This document shows, piece by piece, positions 30,171 to 38,603 of a stretch of 64,000 bases of DNA (the first letter of the stretch is position 1; each line of letters opens with the position of its first letter). This stretch comes from a virus, in the IMG/VR virus record IMGVR_UViG_3300030061_003724, positions 1-64,000 of that record, one strand, 5' to 3'. Below the pieces are notes generated by a model, which worked only from the letters and a program-made list of their open reading frames with translations, ran no database searches and was not told the DNA's origin. A program made the translations under genes and the position numbers.

Positions 30171-30635
30171 TTATTCGCTGTAATAAGCAGCATTTTTTCC
30201 ATGTTCTGCAAACTTAACTTTGACAACTCTTACTCTATTGTCTGTTTCAGTTTTAACAAAATCATTTAATTTGTGATAAATATATTCAGCAAATTTCTCT
30301 GCGCCAGTAGCTGGGATAACCCTTACTTGAGCTACTCCTGCTGTATCCATTTGTTTAAATGCTTCTAATTCTGGGTCATCTTCTGCCACAACTAAAGTGT
30401 GGTCAAACATATAATCCATCCATGCTTTAGGAGACATACCATCAATTTGAGTTTTAGCTCTTTTCATTCCACCAAAATCCCAAACCCAATTTCTATGATC
30501 TAAATCTCCTTCAAAGTATACTTTAAAAGAAACTCCATAACCATGAACAAATCTACAGTGTGTTGTTGTTGCTTTCCATTGACGAAACACTGTACTAAAA
30601 CCGTCAAATACTTTACTTGATTGAAACTTACCCAT
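30171..30635 (-). CDS. queD: 6-carboxytetrahydropterin synthase-like T-fold protein
   Basis: HCRFVHGY, WVWDFG, FDHT; adjacent to queE. Confidence 0.85.
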   Translation of the reverse strand: MGKFQSSKVFDGFSTVFRQWKATTTHCRFVHGYGVSFKVYFEGDLDHRNWVWDFGGMKRAKTQIDGMSPKAWMDYMFDHTLVVAEDDPELEAFKQMDTAGVAQVRVIPATGAEKFAEYIYHKLNDFVKTETDNRVRVVKVKFAEHGKNAAYYSE

Positions 30636-30876
30636 TATACCAATTTAATATGTCTTCCCTTGACCTGTTACCTACTACTCTAGCTAATTCATTATTGTTT
30701 TGATCTACTTTAATTAAAGTTGGGACTGATCTAACTGAGTAATGACTTGCTTTTTCCATATCCTCATCAATATTTACTTTATGAATTGGAATATCTAAAC
30801 TTAATTTGTCCATTACTGGTCCTAATGCTCTACAAGGACCACACCATGGAGCTGTAAAATAAATTATTTTATTCAT
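30628..30876 (-). CDS. trxA: thioredoxin
   Basis: WCGPC, SVPT. Confidence 0.9.
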   Translation of the reverse strand: MNKIIYFTAPWCGPCRALGPVMDKLSLDIPIHKVNIDEDMEKASHYSVRSVPTLIKVDQNNNELARVVGNRSREDILNWYNG

Positions 30877-30894
30877 ATTTAATTTTTATTATAA

Positions 30895-31140
30895 TTATAC
30901 TAATTCTTCTACTATACCTATAACCTCAGATAATATAAGAACTCCTACTGCTAACTCCAAGCTATATAACAAAAGTCCATAACCTGCTAATCTAACTCCT
31001 GATTTAACGAAACTAACTATTTGGTGTTTCTTTTGATCAGGCATGTGTTCTAAATTTTTTCTATCTTTAATTATCCCATCCATATCTTTTATTTCTATCA
31101 TTTCTTTTTTTGTCATTGGTGCTCTATATATCATATCCAT
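30895..31140 (-). CDS. small membrane protein
   Basis: C-terminal hydrophobic hairpin ending GIVEELV. Confidence 0.65.
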   Translation of the reverse strand: MDMIYRAPMTKKEMIEIKDMDGIIKDRKNLEHMPDQKKHQIVSFVKSGVRLAGYGLLLYSLELAVGVLILSEVIGIVEELV

Positions 31141-31514
31141 TTATTTTTTTTAAAGTAAGTCCACATCCCTACTACTGTACCTACAGTTAAAACTGCAAAT
31201 ATCCAAAATCCATGATCGTCTGATATTAAAGGAACATCATCAAAATTCATTCCCCAAAGTCCAGTATAAAAAGATAATGGTAAAAATATTGTAGACCATA
31301 TTGTTAATAAATTTAACCTACGATTCATAAGATCATTATGTCTTTTTTCAATCATAGATTCTAACACTTCAAATATTTCTATTAAATCTAAGTGTTCGCC
31401 TTTTAATAATTCTCTTTTTAAATTATAAAAATCGTTTGTGTCGTAGCTTTTATTTTCAAATATTACAATTTCGTAATATTGTAAAGCTTTTTTTAATTGT
31501 TCTTTTCTTGCCAT
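31131..31514 (-). CDS. truncated CorA-family Mg2+ channel (mini-CorA)
   Basis: MNRRLNLLTIWSTIFLPLSFYTGLWGMNF, second TM helix, KKNKW. Confidence 0.8.
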   Translation of the reverse strand: MARKEQLKKALQYYEIVIFENKSYDTNDFYNLKRELLKGEHLDLIEIFEVLESMIEKRHNDLMNRRLNLLTIWSTIFLPLSFYTGLWGMNFDDVPLISDDHGFWIFAVLTVGTVVGMWTYFKKNKWI

Positions 31515-31696
31515 AAGTCTAATGTCCAAAGTAATGATTCAATAAAATATAAAACTCCAACTAACATCATTCCATAATGTGTCCATTCACCACTATGACC
31601 ATAAGTAAAGTCTTGGTAAATAGAAGGAATAGCAGAGCCCATAATTGAAACACTAAATAATAGTTTTACATATTTATTTTCTAAAAATTTTCTCAT
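31493..31696 (-). CDS. small two-TM membrane protein
   Basis: Two hydrophobic segments; ATGA-coupled to the upstream gene. Confidence 0.65.
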   Translation of the reverse strand: MRKFLENKYVKLLFSVSIMGSAIPSIYQDFTYGHSGEWTHYGMMLVGVLYFIESLLWTLDLWQEKNN

Positions 31697-32370
31697 TTGC
31701 AGCATTCTTTTGTTGATCTAATTTCTGGTACTGGATTTAATATTTTAACATTATAATTAATTACTAACCTATAATCGTTAACTGTAGGAGGACATCCTGC
31801 ATGTAAATAATCTTGTTTAAACATTATAATAGTACCTTTTTTAGGAGTAATTGATTTTCTAATTTCTAATTCTTTTCCTAAAGTCAGATAATTAATACCT
31901 TTATTTTTAAATATAATTGTATCACCATCCGAGTCATCAATATAATAAAGAAGAGTCCAACCTCCAAGCCCTTCAAAATCACAGTGCGGAATAAAACAAG
32001 TATCTTTATTCTCAGGAAGATCTTTATAATTGAAATTTGATTTAATTTTCATTAATTCATATTCCATATTAAAGTTTTTAGCTAAACTATTTAAAGGTGA
32101 AAGTATTAAGTCACTCCATACTTCTTTTTTATAATTCCAAACTCCTTCTTCATAGAAAACACTTTGAAATATACCAGGTCTTAATTGTACTTTTTTTCCT
32201 GGTATCTTAATAGAATCAATATCAATAGGATTTTTAATCATATTAGCTTGTGGTTTTCTTGTAGCCGCAAACTCATACTTTACTTTTCCTAAATGATCAT
32301 TTAAGATATTTTCCTGTATCTCTGGAGATACTATATTGGGAAATACATAAACTAAATCGTTTAAAACCAT
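31693..32370 (-). CDS. 2OG-Fe(II) oxygenase
   Basis: PHCD, LYYIDDSDGDT, PKKG...H...R.VIN. Confidence 0.8.
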   Translation of the reverse strand: MVLNDLVYVFPNIVSPEIQENILNDHLGKVKYEFAATRKPQANMIKNPIDIDSIKIPGKKVQLRPGIFQSVFYEEGVWNYKKEVWSDLILSPLNSLAKNFNMEYELMKIKSNFNYKDLPENKDTCFIPHCDFEGLGGWTLLYYIDDSDGDTIIFKNKGINYLTLGKELEIRKSITPKKGTIIMFKQDYLHAGCPPTVNDYRLVINYNVKILNPVPEIRSTKECCK

Positions 32371-32386
32371 ACTCTATTTTAATTTG

Positions 32387-32528
32387 TTGCCCAGGCAGGA
32401 CTCGAACCTGCGACCTCTTTGACCTCTTTGCTTTTCACGATCGATTGTATTACAAGTTTCCCTTCACGTTAAAGTTCAACTTCGCGCCGAGTTAAGCCAA
32501 AGCGAGCTACCTACTGCTCTACTGGGTA
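32387..32528 (-). tRNA. tRNA-like gene with a 76-nt segment in place of the anticodon loop (identity unresolved)
   Basis: Acceptor TACCCAG/CTGGGCA, D arm GAGC-AGTAGGTA-GCTC, stem CTTTG/CAAAG, variable loop AGGTC, T arm GCAGG-TTCGAGT-CCTGC. Confidence 0.7.
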
Positions 32529-32536
32529 TATTTTTG

Positions 32537-32609
32537 TTGTCCCGCCAGGTTTCGAACCTGGACTCTTCTGAACCAAAATCAGACGTGTTACCAGTTACAC
32601 CACAGGACA
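32537..32609 (-). tRNA. tRNA-Gln(TTG)
   Basis: Full cloverleaf, anticodon arm TCTGA-TTTTGGT-TCAGA; CCA not encoded. Confidence 0.95.
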
Positions 32610-32614
32610 TTTAG

Positions 32615-32688
32615 TGGAGGATATCGGAGTCGAACCGATGACCTCTTGAATGCAAATCAAGTGCTCTAGCCAGCTGAGCTAATCCCCC
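32615..32688 (-). tRNA. tRNA-Ala(TGC)
   Basis: Full cloverleaf, CTTGA-TTTGCAT-TCAAG, G3:U70 identity pair. Confidence 0.95.
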
Positions 32689-32694
32689 TACCTT

Positions 32695-33489
32695 TTAAGC
32701 TGCGTATTCAGCAAGCAATTTCTCTACGTGAGATTTTGCTACTTCGTAATCAACTTCTCCAGTTTCATCCTCATACTGTACAGGATCTTTTCTCCCCAGA
32801 GCAATAAAAGCCTCAATCCTCTCAACACTAGAAGCAGACTTATAATCACTATTTCCTGAAGGATATGGTTTATAAGAAGTATTTGTTCTCTTATAAACTT
32901 CATCAAATTCAATACCCAACGTATCAACCAAACTCTCTCCATCCTTTAAAATTCCTAATTTATCTGTGTCAATATAAGGTATAAAAAATCCTACTTTATC
33001 AGCATCCCAATTACCAATTTTGAAAGCTTCATAATCAGCATCTCTAAATTCTTGTCTACAATCAGGATAGATAGCATGATCACCAGCATGGATACCTAAA
33101 GCAATATCACATTCATCTCCTGTTTTTTTAGATACAGATAATGCTACTGCTTGAGTTAATGAAGAGAAAATTTTATTTCTATTAGGTACAACTGTTGCTA
33201 CCATATTTTCTTCTTCATAATGACCTTCTGGTACATCTTCTCCACCTTCTACAAGGTTAGAATCTAGTAGGTTTACTAAACCATCTAATTTAATTACTTG
33301 ATAAGTAACATTCTGACCATTAGCATTTAAATAATCTACTAATGATTGTGCTCTTTCAAGTTCCACTCTATGCTTCTGACCGTAATCAAAAGATAAAGCT
33401 GTTACATTGTCATACTCAGATAAACATCTAAGTAGTAAAGTTGAGGAGTCCATCCCTCCAGATAAGGACACTACGACATTTTTTGCCAT
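32695..33489 (-). CDS. queC: 7-cyano-7-deazaguanine synthase
   Basis: SGGMDS, FDYGQKH, VPNRN, YPDCR. Confidence 0.93.
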   Translation of the reverse strand: MAKNVVVSLSGGMDSSTLLLRCLSEYDNVTALSFDYGQKHRVELERAQSLVDYLNANGQNVTYQVIKLDGLVNLLDSNLVEGGEDVPEGHYEEENMVATVVPNRNKIFSSLTQAVALSVSKKTGDECDIALGIHAGDHAIYPDCRQEFRDADYEAFKIGNWDADKVGFFIPYIDTDKLGILKDGESLVDTLGIEFDEVYKRTNTSYKPYPSGNSDYKSASSVERIEAFIALGRKDPVQYEDETGEVDYEVAKSHVEKLLAEYAA

Positions 33490-33695
33490 GATTTAAAATA
33501 ATTAATTAAATTTTGCCAGGTATTATTAAGCGTATAGGCAAACGCTGACTTTAAATGTTTGAATTTACATTTAAGATAAGATATAGTATAATGATAAATA
33601 GCTACTAATCCAAACCCTCCTGTAAGAAGAGTCCAAATGTTTGGATGCCAGTGCTCTCCACAAAATCCTAATGCATGTTTTATTATTTCTGCCAT
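33471..33695 (-). CDS. small membrane protein
   Basis: HALGFCGEHWHP followed by a hydrophobic segment. Confidence 0.6.
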   Translation of the reverse strand: MAEIIKHALGFCGEHWHPNIWTLLTGGFGLVAIYHYTISYLKCKFKHLKSAFAYTLNNTWQNLINYFKSWQKMS

Positions 33696-33696
33696 A

Positions 33697-33894
33697 TTAT
33701 TCGTTTTCTTTAAATTCTACGTCACCGTAATCATCAATCGGTTTATCTCTTACCAGGTCCCAATCTGCATCATCTATAATTTCTTGTTGAAGGTCTTCAT
33801 CACCTGTTTTCCACTTTGCTAATTCTTCTTCTGTTAAGATATATTCTTCCCATCTGAAGTTGCAATAATTTACTGTTCTTGTTAATTTAGCCAT
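33697..33894 (-). CDS. small acidic hypothetical protein
   Basis: 65 aa ORF. Confidence 0.65.
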   Translation of the reverse strand: MAKLTRTVNYCNFRWEEYILTEEELAKWKTGDEDLQQEIIDDADWDLVRDKPIDDYGDVEFKENE

Positions 33895-34699
33895 AATGTT
33901 CTATTTTTGGTATTCCGTTAATTTCTCTAAATAATGTTGTATTATGTATTATTAATTGGTAATCAATATCTGTGAATTTCATATCAAAATGATCATTCAT
34001 ATTTGCTTTAGGTTTTTCAGTTAAGCCTCTTTCAGTATACATTGTTCCTTCTAAAGCAGCCATTACTGGATTTGATGTATCAATTGAGTCAATAAATTTA
34101 AACCCTTTATACCATCCAAATTCCTGAGGTACAGCACATCCTAATAAATGAATTTTATCATAATCACCTAATCCTTCTTCTACAACTAGATCACTGATAA
34201 ACTTTAATCTACCTAATGCTTTACCTAAATCTTTATTAGCATGAGGGAAATGATCATTATACCAAGTAGCACCATAAGATATAGCTATTTTTTCATAACC
34301 TAATTCTTTTAATGCTCTATAACTTTTCCAAGCATCAACATAATCTTTTCCTTGTACTACAGCTACTCTAGTACAATCTTCAGGCATTCTAATTCCTTTC
34401 CAATACTTAGCATATACTTGAGTTTGAGTATAATCCATCCATTCATCTGGAACTATAAATTCATTAGGACATAATTCATGTAACCAGTACATTAATCTTT
34501 TCCAATCATATGCTTCTCCTAATTCATGGAGCGAGTTATCCATAACAATATATCTTCCTGCTTTTTTAGCGTCAAAAAAATATTGTTTGTATTCTTCATC
34601 CTGATCTAATAAATGAGGTAGACAATAGTCATAGTCATTGAATTCAGGGGATGCTGTTAGTAAACAGCGAGGTACTTCGTGACTTACTTTCATAACCAT
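33887..34699 (-). CDS. dpdA: TGT-fold guanine transglycosylase, DpdA-like
   Basis: MDNS, IVPD, AVVQG, IHLLG, SIDTS motifs; first gene of the que cluster; start may be 34693. Confidence 0.7.
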   Translation of the reverse strand: MVMKVSHEVPRCLLTASPEFNDYDYCLPHLLDQDEEYKQYFFDAKKAGRYIVMDNSLHELGEAYDWKRLMYWLHELCPNEFIVPDEWMDYTQTQVYAKYWKGIRMPEDCTRVAVVQGKDYVDAWKSYRALKELGYEKIAISYGATWYNDHFPHANKDLGKALGRLKFISDLVVEEGLGDYDKIHLLGCAVPQEFGWYKGFKFIDSIDTSNPVMAALEGTMYTERGLTEKPKANMNDHFDMKFTDIDYQLIIHNTTLFREINGIPKIEHYG

Positions 34700-34729
34700 A
34701 TTATATGAACCTTTATTTGTTTTTCCAAA
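34700..34729 (-). promoter_or_regulatory. promoter variant TTTG-N18-CATATAAT
   Basis: Same spacing as the recurring motif, immediately before the dpdA-like gene. Confidence 0.5.
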
Positions 34730-34734
34730 TTATC

Positions 34735-34872
34735 TTAAATAGTTCTGAATCTTCTTCTACCGTTCCAAGTCATTCTTTTTCCTTGGCCCATGTATTTTTT
34801 AAGATCAGTTCTATCGTTAAACTCATTTCTTATTGCGTTTAACTGTGTGTTACCGTTATCTTGTTTTACCAT
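34735..34872 (-). CDS. small basic protein (45 aa, not in ORF track)
   Basis: MVKQDNGNTQLNAIRNEFNDRTDLKKYMGQGKRMTWNGRRRFRTI. Confidence 0.6.
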   Translation of the reverse strand: MVKQDNGNTQLNAIRNEFNDRTDLKKYMGQGKRMTWNGRRRFRTI

Positions 34873-35366
34873 TGTTTTGCCGGTCGCCCTCTGCGACTTT
34901 TTATATAAATTTTGTTATACTTCTCTTCGATTTGGTAATATAAATCCAATATCGTACCCATACATATATCGATCTCCTGATATATTTCATCTTTCGTTAT
35001 ACGAAAGTTTTTAGTGAATGCTATTATAAGATCATTTAATTTTCCATTCTCATCTTTTTCATGGTCTTCCCATAACCTTTTTCTCCTTGCACTTAGTAAT
35101 TTAGATTTTTCTAAATACTTTTGCAAATCTGGTTTGCATTCTTCATAAATATCATTCAACATATGTTCGCACAATTGTGCTTGTAAAGAATAAGGACCTT
35201 GATCATAATCCCCATTCATAATCTTATCCCTAAAATCAGATTTATTTGGTAATGGTTTGTTTTTTGCTTCATACCATCTCCACCATCTAAACTGATTATA
35301 ATTCAATTTCTGAAATTCAGTTAAACGCTTCTCAATAAATTTTCTACTATGAGGTACTTTAAACAT
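34866..35366 (-). CDS. hypothetical protein
   Basis: YNQFRWWRW motif; likely start ATG 35366. Confidence 0.7.
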   Translation of the reverse strand: MFKVPHSRKFIEKRLTEFQKLNYNQFRWWRWYEAKNKPLPNKSDFRDKIMNGDYDQGPYSLQAQLCEHMLNDIYEECKPDLQKYLEKSKLLSARRKRLWEDHEKDENGKLNDLIIAFTKNFRITKDEIYQEIDICMGTILDLYYQIEEKYNKIYIKSRRGRPAKQW

Positions 35367-35367
35367 A

Positions 35368-35490
35368 TTATCCACAAGGGCAAAAAACCCATAAACTAAA
35401 ATATAACATATAAAATACTAAAGCGATAAACAGAAATCCAGTAATTGCATCGATTTCTTGTTTGAATTTGTTTCTAAACTTTTTAAACAT
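35368..35490 (-). CDS. small single-TM protein ending CPCG (40 aa, not in ORF track)
   Basis: MFKKFRNKFKQEIDAITGFLFIALVFYMLYFSLWVFCPCG; AAAGTTATG start context. Confidence 0.6.
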   Translation of the reverse strand: MFKKFRNKFKQEIDAITGFLFIALVFYMLYFSLWVFCPCG

Positions 35491-35495
35491 AACTT

Positions 35496-35663
35496 TTATT
35501 TATTATTTTTTTCCCAATGTTCTCTAAACATATTCATCAAAGGACCCATATCACCAGGTTCACCTTCAGCCCAAATATCACATTTAGACATAGCTTCACC
35601 TATGTTCATTTCTTCTCCTTTTGATTTTTTGTCTAATAAGAATTTTAATATTGGATTTGACAT
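35496..35663 (-). CDS. small hypothetical protein (55 aa, not in ORF track)
   Basis: MSNPILKFLLDKKSKGEEMNIGEAMSKCDIW...; directly behind a promoter cassette. Confidence 0.65.
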   Translation of the reverse strand: MSNPILKFLLDKKSKGEEMNIGEAMSKCDIWAEGEPGDMGPLMNMFREHWEKNNK

Positions 35664-35688
35664 AACTTTTATTTTTATTTACCTTGTA

Positions 35689-35718
35689 AATATACGACCC
35701 TTATTCCGGTTCTCCAAA
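35689..35718 (-). promoter_or_regulatory. early/middle promoter TTTG-N18-CGTATATT
   Basis: Recurring motif plus the conserved leader. Confidence 0.75.
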
Positions 35719-35724
35719 TTTTTT

Positions 35725-36885
35725 CTAATAAGTTTTTGTAGTATCGTCTTCTCCGTCTATTTCTTTTAATGCCTTTTCTATTCTTTCATCTACATTATCA
35801 ATATTACCATTCCAACCACCTTTATCTGTAAGTAGTTCTTTTAATATTTCTTTTTTCTTTTCAAGTTTATCATAATGTTCTCCATCATTTCCATTTTGAC
35901 CTATAATATCCATTCTTTTTTCATCTTCTTCTGTATAAGAAGGTGGGAATCCTCTTGCTTCAGGAGGTAATTCATTTTCTTCTTCAGGAATATCATGTAA
36001 AAGAGTTTCTTCTGCTTCACTTAAAGGTTTAACTTCAACATCTTCTCCATATAAATTTTCTCTATATTTTCTTTTAGGGTAAGCTTTATCAAAGGCAAAG
36101 TTAGCTGCTACTACTAAAGAAATAGCTAAAGGATCAAACACAAAAATTATAATAAGTAGCAGTATATTTATGATTTTATCCATTGGAGTACCGGTCAAAC
36201 CCGATAAATACTGCAGTGGTCCTAATTCAGCAGATACTTCGTTGTTGCTTTGAAGTTCCAATATTTTTAACTGGTATTTTTGAAGCGAGTCTGCCGCAAC
36301 TTCTCGTTTAGCATAGACATTTTTTCTATTTTCTTCTTCAACTTCAATACGTTTTTGTGATAATCTTAATTCTGTAGTTGAAATAGTTTGTCTAAAACCA
36401 GTAGCTGAGGCAGTGTCTCTTACTTGGATACTCGAAGCTTTTGAATTAGATAAAACGGATATATTCTCCGATATTCTTTTAAGCTCAGTATCAAATCTTG
36501 CCACATCTTCTTCATAAAATACTTTTTTGTTTTCTAAAAATTTAATTTCATTTTCAGCTATACTTAATTTACTGTATGTGTCTTGATAAGCAGCACTTAA
36601 AAAGCCATAGATACCCATACTAGTAATTAATACTAATATTACAGTAGCTACAGTAAGATAAGTTCTTAGCGTTTTATTAATTGAATCCCAATATTGGTAT
36701 AATAGAGAGGCAGTTACTAATTTAGCAAATTCTAAAGAACCAGCCATTATAATAACTTGAAATTGTGCCCCTGCAAATAACTTACTTAAACCATAAACCG
36801 AATAGAATGCCGCTGACGCACTTACTGACAAGGCAGAAAATGCGATAAGAAACGGAAACATTCCTTTTTTTACATTTTTCAACAT
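35725..36885 (-). CDS. multi-TM coiled-coil membrane protein
   Basis: Three N-terminal TM helices, long coiled coil, LIIIFVFDPLA TM segment, acidic tail. Confidence 0.75.
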   Translation of the reverse strand: MLKNVKKGMFPFLIAFSALSVSASAAFYSVYGLSKLFAGAQFQVIIMAGSLEFAKLVTASLLYQYWDSINKTLRTYLTVATVILVLITSMGIYGFLSAAYQDTYSKLSIAENEIKFLENKKVFYEEDVARFDTELKRISENISVLSNSKASSIQVRDTASATGFRQTISTTELRLSQKRIEVEEENRKNVYAKREVAADSLQKYQLKILELQSNNEVSAELGPLQYLSGLTGTPMDKIINILLLIIIFVFDPLAISLVVAANFAFDKAYPKRKYRENLYGEDVEVKPLSEAEETLLHDIPEEENELPPEARGFPPSYTEEDEKRMDIIGQNGNDGEHYDKLEKKKEILKELLTDKGGWNGNIDNVDERIEKALKEIDGEDDTTKTY

Positions 36886-36897
36886 ACTGTTTAGTTT

Positions 36898-37371
36898 TTA
36901 AACTGTGTCGTAATCAATGTACGAAATTTCTACCTCATCTCCACGCTCTAATGCTTCTGCTATTGGAGGGTAGATTCTTTTATATGCATCATTTGAGGCA
37001 CCTATAAATCCAGATTTTGATTTAGTAATGTTTTGTTGTTGGGTATCTCCTACTAGTAAGCATCCCATAGTATGTTCATCGGTATTACCTGTATGAATTA
37101 AAATATATTCAAATCCAGGTACGTCTCTTACCCATAGCATTCCTTTGTGAAAAGAACCATATTTTTTAGCATATCTACCATGATATCCTCCTACTTTTCT
37201 TAAAGTAATTTTATATGTTCCTTCTGGGATTCTAGTTTCACCCATTATTTTTTCTTCTCTATATTCATCTTCTAAAGTATAACACAAAAACTTTCTATCT
37301 GTTGTTACATCAAATAAAAGTCCATTTGTGCTATCTTTTTGAGAGCTTATTCTTAATACTTCTAGTTTCAT
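36898..37371 (-). CDS. DUF5675-like protein, candidate cell-wall enzyme/endolysin
   Basis: CYTLE, IPEGTY, ILIHTGN...T.GCLLVG. Confidence 0.7.
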   Translation of the reverse strand: MKLEVLRISSQKDSTNGLLFDVTTDRKFLCYTLEDEYREEKIMGETRIPEGTYKITLRKVGGYHGRYAKKYGSFHKGMLWVRDVPGFEYILIHTGNTDEHTMGCLLVGDTQQQNITKSKSGFIGASNDAYKRIYPPIAEALERGDEVEISYIDYDTV

Positions 37372-37373
37372 AA

Positions 37374-37946
37374 TTAATCTAATAAATAGCCATAAGGCGT
37401 TGCGTCAATATCTAATCCTATTTCCCAGTTTTCTAATGTTAAATCTACTGTCATATTTCTTTGAATATAAGGGTTATAAAACTCACCCTCTGCAGTCAAA
37501 CAAATTAATCCATTATGTACATCCATTACTTGAACATTATTCCAAACAACATATTCTTGATCACCTGGAATTTCTACTCCAGCATATTTACTATCTGGGT
37601 TTTCCCAAGTATAAGTTCCGATATCTAATAAAGCGCCATTGTCATCTCCATCAGAATCTAAAACATATAAAGCAAAGTGTTGTCTGTCTAATCTTGGTTC
37701 TCCATCATCTACTTGTAAATAGAGAATGAATATTTTTTTAATTACATTATCAACATATTTTACACCCCCAAATGATTTAATTTGAGCGTATCTTTCATAT
37801 GGGTCAAATGATTCACCATCTAAAGCGATTTCAATAACTGGAGTTAGATCTTCATCTTTTTCACAGCTAGTAAAAGAAAATAATACAAATAATAACATTA
37901 TAGGTGCCCATGGTCTTATCCAATATTCATAAAATAATTTTTTCAT
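37374..37946 (-). CDS. lipoprotein
   Basis: Signal peptide ending FTSC followed by acidic EKDED (Bacteroidota style). Confidence 0.7.
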   Translation of the reverse strand: MKKLFYEYWIRPWAPIMLLFVLFSFTSCEKDEDLTPVIEIALDGESFDPYERYAQIKSFGGVKYVDNVIKKIFILYLQVDDGEPRLDRQHFALYVLDSDGDDNGALLDIGTYTWENPDSKYAGVEIPGDQEYVVWNNVQVMDVHNGLICLTAEGEFYNPYIQRNMTVDLTLENWEIGLDIDATPYGYLLD

Positions 37947-37950
37947 TTTT

Positions 37951-38274
37951 TTACTTTTTAGCATTTTCAATTTCTAATTCTTTAACAACTTCTTTAAGTT
38001 CTTCTACATCTTTTTGTAGATACATAATTCTTAAATCTTGTTTTGCGTCATCAGGTAACGCTCCCATTTCTCCTCTGGGCCACTTAATTCTAAATTCTTC
38101 ATTAAGTGCAACGGCGTCTTGCATTCTAATTACATCTAATTGTAATTGAGCAATTTCAGCTTGTAAGGTAAACCATACGCCTGCTATTGAAACAATTCCT
38201 ACAACCATTCCGATAATAGCTTTAATATCTAAAGCAACTTTTGATTTGTCCGATAATTCTAATTGTTCTTCCAT
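37951..38274 (-). CDS. single-TM coiled-coil protein (i-spanin-like)
   Basis: N-terminal TM plus coiled coil; similar to 39339-39620. Confidence 0.6.
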   Translation of the reverse strand: MEEQLELSDKSKVALDIKAIIGMVVGIVSIAGVWFTLQAEIAQLQLDVIRMQDAVALNEEFRIKWPRGEMGALPDDAKQDLRIMYLQKDVEELKEVVKELEIENAKK

Positions 38275-38282
38275 TGTTAATA

Positions 38283-38317
38283 AAATAAATATTCCCGCAC
38301 CGTGCGGTACGGGAATA
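38283..38317 (-). terminator. stem-loop, probable intrinsic terminator
   Basis: TATTCCCGTACC-GCAC-GGTGCGGGAATA followed by TTTATTTT on the minus strand. Confidence 0.6.
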
Positions 38318-38333
38318 AATATTAAACACCTCC

Positions 38334-38564
38334 TTATTTTTTAATAATGTGGTACAAAACAAAGGCACCTACTAAACCTAGTAGTCCCTCTGCGTTCAAT
38401 CCTCCTAATATAGCCATAATATTATCAACTACTGATATTTCTGGCCAAAAAGGAATACCTGCTCCTGAGAATAGTACCTCTAGTACCACACCTAAAGCAA
38501 TTAAAGACACACCTATGTGAGTCAGTTTATCAGCCCAAGAGCCGATCTTGTTTAGAATTTCCAT
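38334..38564 (-). CDS. small membrane protein (holin-like)
   Basis: Two TM segments, 76 aa. Confidence 0.6.
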   Translation of the reverse strand: MEILNKIGSWADKLTHIGVSLIALGVVLEVLFSGAGIPFWPEISVVDNIMAILGGLNAEGLLGLVGAFVLYHIIKK

Positions 38565-38603
38565 AAAATTGGGGTTTTAGTTAAACAATACGATAACTAG
38601 CAA

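Noticed and set aside
32422-32497. Twister or hammerhead ribozyme, group I intron, or ochre-suppressor reading of the tRNA insert
   Set aside because: The UAA and GAG flanks are suggestive, but the twister L4/pseudoknot and hammerhead core are not found. It is too short for a group I intron, and a TTA anticodon would lack U33.
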